DNA of 64,000 bases from the human T2T-CHM13v2.0 reference genome, Homo sapiens, in the NCBI RefSeq assembly GCF_009914755.1, contig NC_060933.1; one strand, written 5' to 3'. Every line of letters begins with the position of its first letter. Position 1 is the first letter of the stretch. Made by a program: the position numbers and the translations under genes. This document shows positions 55,803 through 64,000 of the stretch, in pieces. The notes beneath the pieces are model-generated. The model ran no database searches. It was given only the letters and a program-made list of their open reading frames with translations, and was not told where the DNA came from.

Positions 55803-58800
55803 CCCCTTTCCTGCTTTTCTGGAGGGTAAGAACCCCCGAACCCCTTCCCTCCGTGTCTCTACTCTCTTTTCTCTGGGCTTGCTTCCTTCACTATGGGCAA
55901 CCTTCCACCCTCCATTCCTCCTCCTTCTCCCTTAGCCTGTGTTCTTAAGAACTTAAAACCTCTTCAACTCTCACCTGACCTAAAATCTAAGCATCTTATT
56001 TTCTTCTGCAATGCTGCTTGACCCCAATACAAACTCAACAGTAGTTCCAAATAGCCAGAAAATGGCACTTTTAATTTTTCCATCCTACAAGATCTAAATA
56101 ATTCTTGTCATAAATTAGGCAAATGGTCTGAGGTGCCTGACGTCCAGGCATTCTTTTACACATCGGTTCCTCCCTGGTCTCTGTTCCCAATGCAACCAGT
56201 CCCAAATCTTCCTTCTTTCCCTCCCACCTGTCCCCTCAGTCCCAACCCCAAGCATCACTGAGTCTTTCTAATCTTCCTTTTCTACAGACCCATCTGACCT
56301 CTCCCCTCCTCACCAGGCAGAGCCAGGTCCCAATTCTTCCTCAGCCTCTGCTCCCCCACCCTATAATCCTTTTATCACCTCCCCTCCTCACACCTTGTCC
56401 GGCTTACAGTTTCATTCCTCAACCAGCCTTCCCCCACCTGCCCAGCAATTTCCTCTTAAAAAGATGGCTGGATATAAAGGCATAGTCAAGGTTAACGCTC
56501 CTTTTTCTTTATCCGACCTCTCCCAAAATCAGTTAGCGTTTAGGCTCTTTTTCATCAAATATGAGAAACCCAGCCCAGTTCATGGCTCGTTTGGCAGCAA
56601 CCCTGAGACGCTTTACAGCCCTAGACCCTGAAAGGTCAGAAGGCCATCTTATTCTCAATATGCATTTTATTTTATTACCCAATCTGCTCCCGACATTAAA
56701 TAAAACTCCAAAAATTAAATTCCAGCCCTCAAACCCCACAACAGGACCTAATTAACCTGGCCTTCAAGGTGTACAATAATAGAGTAGAGGCAGCCAAGTA
56801 GCAATATATTTCTGAGTTGCAATTCCTTGCCTCCACTGTGAGACAAACCCCAGCCACATCTCCAGCACAAAAGAACTTCCAAACGCCTAAGTCGCAGTGG
56901 CCAGGCGTTCCCCCAGGCCCGCCTCCCCCAGGAGCTTGCTACAAGTGCCAGAAATCTGGCCACCAGGCCAAGGAATGCCCGCAGCCCACGATTCCTCCTA
57001 AGCCGCGTCCCATCTGTGCAGGACCCCACTGAAAATCAGACTGTTCAACTCACCTGGCAACCAGTCCCACAGCCCCTAGAACTCTGGCCCAAGGCTCTCT
57101 GACTGACTCCTTCCCAGATCTTCTCGGCTTAGCAGCTGAAGACTGAAACTGCCCGATTACCTCAGAAGCTTACAGGACCATCACAGATGCTCTAGGTAAC
57201 TCTTACAGTGGAAGGTAAGCCGTCCCCTTCTTAATCAATATGGAGGCTACCCACTCCACATTACCTTCTTTTCAAGGGCCTGTTTCCCTTGCCTCCATAA
57301 CTGTTGTAGGTATTGGCGGCCAGGCTTCTAAACCTCTTAAAACTCCCCAACTCTGGTGCCAACTTAGACAATACTCTTTTAAGCACTCCTTTTTAGTTAT
57401 CCCCACCTGCCCAGTTCCCCTATTAGGCTGAGACACTTTAACTAAATTATCTGCTTCCCTGACTGTTCCTAGGCTACAGCCACACCTCATTGCCACCTTT
57501 TCCCCCAGTTCAAAGCCTCCTTCACATCCTCCCCTTGTATCTCCCCACCTTAACCCACAAGTATAAGACACCTCTACTCCCTCCTTAGCAACCAATCATC
57601 CACCCCTTACCATCTCATTAAAACCTAATCACTCTTACCCCGCTCAATGCCAATATCCCATCCCACAGCACACTTTAAAAGGATTAAAGCCTGTTATCAC
57701 TCACCTGTTACAGCAAGGCCTTTTAAAGCCTATAAACTCTCCTTACAATTCCCCCATTTTACCTGTCCAAAAACCAGACAAGCCTTACAGGTTAATTCAG
57801 GATCTGCACCTTACCAACCAAATTGTTTTGCCTATCTACCCTGTGGTGCCAAACCCATATACTCTCCTATCCTCAATACCTCCCTCCACAACCCATTATT
57901 CTGTTCTAGATCTCAAACATGCTTTCTTTACTATTCCTTTGCACCCTTCATCCCAGCCTCTCTTCGCTTTCACTTGGACTGACCCTGACACCCATCAGGC
58001 TCAGCAAATTACCTGGGCTGTACTGCCACAAAGCTTCACAGACAGCCCCCATTACTTCAGTCAAGCGCAAATTTCTTCCTCATCTGTTACCTATCTCGGC
58101 GTAATTCTCATAAAAACACATGTGCTCTCCCTGCTGATCATGTCCAGCTGATCTCTCAAACCCCAACACCTTCTACAAAACAACAACTCCTTTCCTTCCT
58201 AGGCATAGTTAGATACTTTTGACTTTAGATACCTGGTTTTGCCATCCTAACAAAACCATTATATAAACTCACAAAAAGAAACCTAGCTGACCCATAGATT
58301 CTAAATCCTTTCCCCACTCCTCTTTCCATTCCTTGAAGACAGCTTTAGAGACTGCCCCCACCCTAGCTCTCCCTGACTCATCTCAACCCTTTTCATTACC
58401 CACAGCTGAAGTGCAGGGCTGTGCAGTCAGAATTCTTACATAAGGACCAGGATCACGTCCTGTAGCCTTTTTGTCCAAACAACTTCACCTTCCTGTTTTA
58501 GGCTGGCCATCCTGTCTCCGTGCAGTGGCTGCTGCCGCCCTAATACTTTAGAGGCCCTTAATATAACAAACTATGCTCAACTCACTCTCTACAGTTCTCA
58601 TAACTTCCAAAATCTATTTTCTTCTTCACACCTGACACATATATTTTCTGCTCCCCGGCTCCTTCAGCTGTACTCACTCTTTGTTAAGTCTCCCACAATT
58701 ACCACTGTTCCTGGCCCAGACTTCAATCCGGCCTCCCACATTATTCCTGATACCACACCTGTCCCCTATGACTGTATCTCTCTGATCCACCTGACATTCA

Positions 58801-60154
58801 CCCCATTTCCCCATATTTCCTTCTTTCCTGTTCCTCACCCTGATCACACTTGGTTTATTGATGGCAGTTCCACCAGGCCTAATGGCCACACACCAGCAAA
58901 GGCAGGCTATGCTATAGTACAAGCCACTAGCCCACTTCTTAGAACCTCTCATTTCCTTTCCATCATGGCAATCTATCCTCAAGGAAATAACTTCTCAGTG
59001 TTCTATCTGCTATTCTACTACTCCTCAAGGATTATTCAGGCCCCCTCCCTTCCCTACACATCAAGCTCGGAGATTTGCCCCTACCCAGGACTGGCAAATT
59101 GGCTTTACTCAACATGCCCCGAGTCAGAAAACAAAAATACCTCTTAGTCTAAGTAGACACTTTCACTGGATAAGTAAAGGCCTTTCCTACAAGGTCTGAG
59201 AAGGCCACTGCTGTCATTTCTTCCCTTCTGTCAGACATAATTCCTCGGTTTGGCCTTCCCACCTCTATACAGTCCAATAGCAGACTGGCCTTTATTAGTC
59301 AAATCAGCCAAGCATTTTTTCAGGCTCTTAGTATTCAGTGAAACCTTTATATCCCTTACAGTCCTCAGTCTTCAGGAAAGGTAGAACGGACTAATGGTCT
59401 TTTAAAACCTCACCAAACTCAGCCACCAACTTAAAAAGGACTGGACAATACTTTTACCACTCTCCGTTCTCAGAATTCAGGCCTGTCCTCAGAATACTAC
59501 AGGGTACAGCCCATTTGAGCTCTTGTATAGATGCTCCTTTTTATTAAGCCCCAGTCTCATTCCAGACACAAGACCAACTTGGACTGTGCCCCAAAAAACT
59601 TGTCATCCCTACTATCTTCTGTCTAGTCATACTCCTATTCACTGTTCTCAACTACTCATACATGCCCTGCTCTTGTTTACACTGCCAGTTTACACTGTTT
59701 CTCCAAGCCATCACAGCTGATATTGGTGCTATCCCCAAACTGCCACTCTTAACTCTTAAAGTAAATGAATAATCTTTGCTGGCAGGACTATGCTGAATCT
59801 CCTTAGGCACTCTCTAATTAGATGTCCTAAGTCCTCCCAATTCTTAGACCTTTAATACCTGTTTTTCTCCTTCTCTTATTCCGTTTAGTTTTTCAATTCA
59901 TACAAAACCATATCCAGGCCATCACCAATAATTCTAAATGTTTCTTCTAACAATCCCACGATATCACCCCTTACCACAAAATCTTCAGCTTAATCTCTCC
60001 CAGTCTAGGTTCCCATGCCGCCCCTAATCCCGCTCGAAGCAGCCCTGAGAAACATCGCCCATTATCTCTCCATACCACCCCCAAAAATTTTTGCCATCCC
60101 AACACTTTACCACTATTTCGTTTTATTTTTCTTATTGATATAAGAAGACAGGAA

Positions 60155-60517
60155 TGTCAGGCCTCTGAGCCCAAGCTAAGCCATCATATCCCCTGTGACC
60201 TGCATGTACACATCCAGATGGCCAGTTCCTGCCTTAACTGATGACATTATCTTGTGAAATTCCTTCTCCTGGCTCTTCCTGGCTCAAAAGCTCCCCTACT
60301 GACCACCTTGTGACCCCCACTCCTGCCCACCAGAGAACAACCCCCCTTTGACTGTAATTTTCCTTTACCTACCCAAATCTTATAAAACGGCCCCATCCCT
60401 ATCTCCCTTGGCTGACTCTCTTTTCGGACTCAGCCTGCCTGCACCCAGGTGAAATAAACAACCTTGTTGCTCACACAAAGCCTGTTTGGTGGTCTCTTCA
60501 CATGGACGCGCATGAAA
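60155..60517 (+). mobile_element. HERV-H 3' LTR (363 bp)
   Basis: TGTCAGGCCTCTGAGCCC...GCGCATGAAA, then the TSD. Confidence 0.95.
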
Positions 60518-60689
60518 ATACTGTTCTAAATGTCCAGTTTTCAACAACTATAAGACATGCAAAGCAAAAAAGAGAATGGCCTATATACACACGTGAAGGG
60601 AAAAAAGCAATCAACAAAAAGTGACTCAGGAAGCCCAAACATTTGATTTACTAAAAAAACTATAAGTCAGCCTTGAAAAAAAAATTATA

Positions 60690-61155
60690 GAGGCAAGGTC
60701 TCACTATGTTGTCCAGGTTGTTCTCAAACTCCTGGCTTCAACAATCCCCCCACCTCAGGCTCCCAAAGTGCTAGGATTACAGGTGTGAGCCACTATGCCT
60801 AGCTAAATCTACTATTTAAAATATGTTAAAAAAAAAAAAAAACAAAACGAAGAAAAACTTTGTCTAGGCCAAGCAGTGGCTCACTCTGTAATCCTGGTGC
60901 TTTGGGAGGCTGAGGCAGGTGAATTGCTTGAGGCCAGGATTTCGAGACCAGCCTGGGTGACATGGGAAGACCCCATCTCTACAAATACAATGAAATAATT
61001 AGCAGGGAATGGTGGTACCTGCCTGTGGTCCCAGCTACACAGGAGTCTAAGATGGGAAGATGGCTTGAGCCCAGGAGATTGAGGCTGCAATGAGCCATGA
61101 GCCACTATGCTCCAGCCTGGATGACAAAGTAAGAACCTGTTGCCAACAAAAAAAA
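60690..61155. mobile_element. Alu monomer (- strand, ~60690-60805) and AluJ-like element (+ strand, 60867-61155)
   Basis: Alu motifs in opposite orientations. Confidence 0.85.
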
Positions 61156-61844
61156 GACTAAAAACCTTAAGAGAAGTGTGGAAATAATGGCTCACTCAAT
61201 AGAACTTATCAATAAGGAGGTAGAAATTATTTTTTAATAACCAAATAGAAACCCTGGGGTTGAAAAGTATAATAACTGAAATGAAAAATTTGATAGGAGC
61301 TCAAGAGCAGAGTTGAGAAGGCAGAATGAAAATCAGTGAACTTGAAGGTTCACTGATTATCCAATTTGAGAAACTGAGATTATCCAATTTGAGAAACAGA
61401 AAGAAAAAAGAATGATGAAAAATGAACAAAACCTATAAAACCTGTAGAACACCCTCAAGTATAAGAACATAAAAATAAATAACAATAGCCTGAGAAAGAG
61501 AAGAGAAAGGCATAAATATTTGAAGAAATAATGTTTGAAAACTTCCCAAATTAGATTAATCTACACATCCAAAAAGCTCAATGAGCTCCAAGCAGGATAA
61601 ACAACAAGAGATCCACACCTAAACACAACATAATCAAACTGTCAAAGACAAAGAGAAAAATATCATCTTGAAAGAGGCAAGAGAAAAATGACTTTTCACA
61701 TACAAGGGATCCTCAATAAGATTAACAGCTGATTTGTCATCAGGAGCCATCGAGAAGGCAGGGGATGGGCATACTAAGAGTACAAGAGAAAAAAGTCTAT
61801 GCCCAGCAAAACTGTGTATCAAAATGGGGAGTTGGGGGGTACAG

Positions 61845-62451
61845 TATGGAGAAAAGCACTGCCATAGGACAGCTGAGACTATGGCTGAGAAGGTGTCAGT
61901 GGACAGCATGGAGAAGGAGGCTTTTGCAGCAGCTGAGGAGCTGGCCACTCAGAAGCATGAACCAAGACTGCACAAATTCTGGGAGCTGCACCTGAAAGAG
62001 ACTGAAGCTTGGAAATTAAATCGCCAAGAAGTTGTGGAGGACGATAAAAGACTTAAAACTACCTGCAAACTGGGAAGTTAATAAGGCTCATTTCAAATGG
62101 GAATTGCAGGAAGAAGGAGAAAAAAAAAAGAATGTTCACAAAAAGACTATGAGAAAAGATACAGAAAGATGGGAGAGGAAAAGGAAAAACTCCAATCTGG
62201 GATTTTTACATTATGCCACTTCCCAGTTACACCAGTATCATTTGTTGACCAAGCAGATCAAACCTGACATAGAAATATATTAAAAACTAAGAGAAAAATA
62301 TGGAGAGGAGTTCTATACAACATCTAACAGCCTTCTTCATGGAACATATTTGCCTTCCACAGAGAAAACTGATAGGACAGAAAAGCAAATTGAAAACTGA
62401 GATGAATATAGCTGGAGACACCCTTAGGATGATGATGCAGATATCAACTAC
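61845..62451 (+). pseudogene. SYF2P2: Processed pseudogene of the splicing factor SYF2 (intronless, frameshifted, 3'-truncated)
   Basis: Pieces [38 protein letters not shown] / LPANWE..WELQEE..ERWERK..LGF..YA..QL.QYH.LTKQIKPD / TSNSLLHGT / DDADI.Y follow SYF2 in order. The pseudogene number is recalled and less certain than the family call. Confidence 0.88.
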
Positions 62452-63052
62452 TAAACATTTAAAGAATTAACAACAATCCTTCTTAAACTCTTCCAAAAAA
62501 ATGAAGCAGAGAAAAACTTTCTAACTAATTCTATGAGGTTAGCATTACCCTGATACCAAAGGCAGATAAAGACATCATTAGAAAAGAAAATTACAGACCA
62601 ATATCCTTTATAAATATAGATGATAAAATCCTCAATAAAATATTAGCAGGTTGAACTCAACAGCAAATTAAAATGATCATTCACCATAACCAAGTGGAAT
62701 TTATTCCAAGAATGCAGGGGTGATTACACATAAGAAAATCAATCCATGTAACACATCATATTAACAGAATGAAGGGGAAAAACCAAATGATCATTTCAGT
62801 TGACACAGAAAAAGTATTTAACAAAATCTAACCTTTTAATGATAAAAATTAAGAAAACTAGGAATAAAGAGACCATTTCCCAACACGATATAAAGCATTT
62901 ATGAGAAAGCCACAGCTAGCAGGATATCAATGATGAAATACTGAAAGTTTTCCCCCTAAGATCAGGAACAAGAAAAGGATGCCCTGCTATTCAATATTGT
63001 AATGGAAGTTCTAACCAGAGCTATTCAACAAGAACAAGTAATGGAAGGCATC

Positions 63053-63150
63053 AGCTGAGAATGGTGGCTTATGCCTGTCATCCCAGCACTTTGAGAGGCC
63101 AAGGTGGGAGGATTACTTGAAGCCAGGAGTTCAAAACCAGCCAGGGCAAA
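63053..63150 (+). mobile_element. Alu left-arm fragment
   Basis: GGTGGCTTATGCCTGTCATCCCAGCACTTTGAGAGGCCAAGG. Confidence 0.85.
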
Positions 63151-63159
63151 CTTTTCCTG

Positions 63160-63473
63160 AGGGAAAGTTTGGAACTTCTTAGAGATTGATTAAGTGGTTG
63201 TGATCAAAATGTTCATACAAATATAGACAGTAAAGGCCAAGCTGACATCTCAGATACAAATTAAGAATTTATTAGGAACTGGACCAAACCTTGTTAGTAT
63301 AAACAAAGAACTGGCTGCATTGTCTCCATGCTCTAGGACTCTGTAGAAGGTCAAACTTAAGAGTAAAGACCTAGGACATCTGGTGGAAGAAATTTCTAAG
63401 CAGCAAAGCCTTCAAGAAGTGGCGTGGCTGCTTTTACCTGCTTACAATCAGTTCCAGCAGGAAAAGAATCACC
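63160..63473 (+). mobile_element. MaLR internal fragment (MST/THE1-int-like)
   Basis: GAAAGTTTGGAACTTCTTAGAGA..GGAAGAAATTTCTAAGCAGCAAAGC. Confidence 0.75.
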
Positions 63474-63796
63474 TATGAACCCAAAATATCTGAGACAGGT
63501 CTCAAACAATTTAGAAAGTTTAATTTGCCAAGGTTAAGGACACGCCCATGACACAGCCTCAAGAGGTCCTGATGACATGTGCCCAAGGTGGTTGGGATAC
63601 AGCTTGGTTTTATACATTTTAGGGGGACATGAGACATAATATGTGTAAGATGTGCATTGGCTCAGTCAGGAAAGGTGGGACAACTCAAAAGTGGGATGGG
63701 GGTGAGGGTGGGCTTCCAGGTTATAGGTAGATAAAAGACAAAAGGTTGCATTCTTTTGAGTCCTTGATCAGCCTTTCACTGAATACACAATTTAGT
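63474..63796. mobile_element. MER4-family ERV1 LTR (partial)
   Basis: TATCTGAGACAGGTCTCAA..GCCAAGGTTAAGGAC..GACATGTGCCCAAGGTGG..GCTTGGTTTTATACATTTTAGGG. Confidence 0.75.
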
Positions 63797-64000
63797 CTGA
63801 GCCAGGCATGGTAGCTCACACCTGTAATCCCAGCACTTTGGGAGGCTGAGGCGGGTGGATCACTCGAGGTCTCTCAGGACCTCTCACTCTCAGGAGTTTG
63901 AGACCAGCCTTGGCCAACATAGAGAAACCCCTATACTAAAAATACAAAAATTAGCCGGGCATGAGGGCATGTGCCTATAGTCCCAGTTATATGGGAGGCT
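63797..64000 (+). mobile_element. Alu running off the window end
   Basis: Left arm and linker, with a ~20-nt insert near 63870-63890. Confidence 0.9.

Larger units (their letters stand above)
54475..60517 (+). mobile_element. HERV-H provirus, two LTR7-family LTRs, env-deleted type, all genes disrupted
   Basis: 5-bp TSD ATACT (54470-54474, 60518-60522); tRNA-His PBS; gag zinc knuckle CYKCQKSGHQAKEC (ORF 56817..57032); RT motifs VLDLKHAFFTIPLHP..WAVLPQSFTDSP (57828..58151); integrase remnants ~59050-59530; PPT AAGAAGACAGGAA 60142-60154. Confidence 0.96.
53950..63050 (+). mobile_element. Old L1 (L1M-type) scaffold interrupted by HERV-H, Alus and the SYF2 retrocopy
   Basis: ORF1-like remnants ~61180-61824 (ACATACAAGGGATCCTCAATAAGATTAACAGCTGATTT); ORF2 RT-like remnants 62452-63050 (ATTACCCTGATACCAAAG..AATTACAGACCAATATCC). 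Left boundary uncertain. Confidence 0.7.

Noticed and set aside
56395-59720. HERV-H gag/pro/pol ORFs as functional genes
   Set aside because: Broken by stops, frameshifts and deletions; no YxDD motif in the RT fragment and env is essentially absent.
61355-61397. GATTATCCAATTTGAGAAAC repeated at a 23-bp period
   Set aside because: Small slippage duplication inside dead L1 ORF1 with no plausible function.

Overview
Primate, most likely human, genomic DNA; the gene content places it at 9p13.3 (recognised from memory, not by search). It holds two complete + strand genes. PHF24 (KIAA1045/GINIP) has a GC-rich non-coding first exon with a (GCC)10 repeat and 7 coding exons that join into 400 aa. DNAJB5 (class B Hsp40) has a 348-aa core, and in-frame 420-aa and 462-aa N-terminally extended forms can be assembled from its upstream exons. 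Between them lie a CTCF-like site and a CpG-island promoter with a perfect HSE, a near-CRE and six CCAAT boxes. Downstream of DNAJB5 are a ~367-bp mitochondrial D-loop insertion (NUMT), a diverged second copy of the DNAJB5 3' UTR end, and a two-LTR env-deleted HERV-H provirus with a 5-bp TSD inside an old L1. That L1 also carries a 3'-truncated SYF2 processed pseudogene. The rest is Alu, L1, L2, MIR, MaLR and MER debris. I found no convincing new multi-gene system. The best leads are a GTG-initiated poly-Pro PHF24 extension that splices in frame and starts with the same MGVL myristoylation-like motif as the main ORF, the duplicated DNAJB5 3' end, the NUMT, and a stop-free in-frame DNAJB5 intron. 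Repeat subfamily names and boundaries are by eye and approximate.
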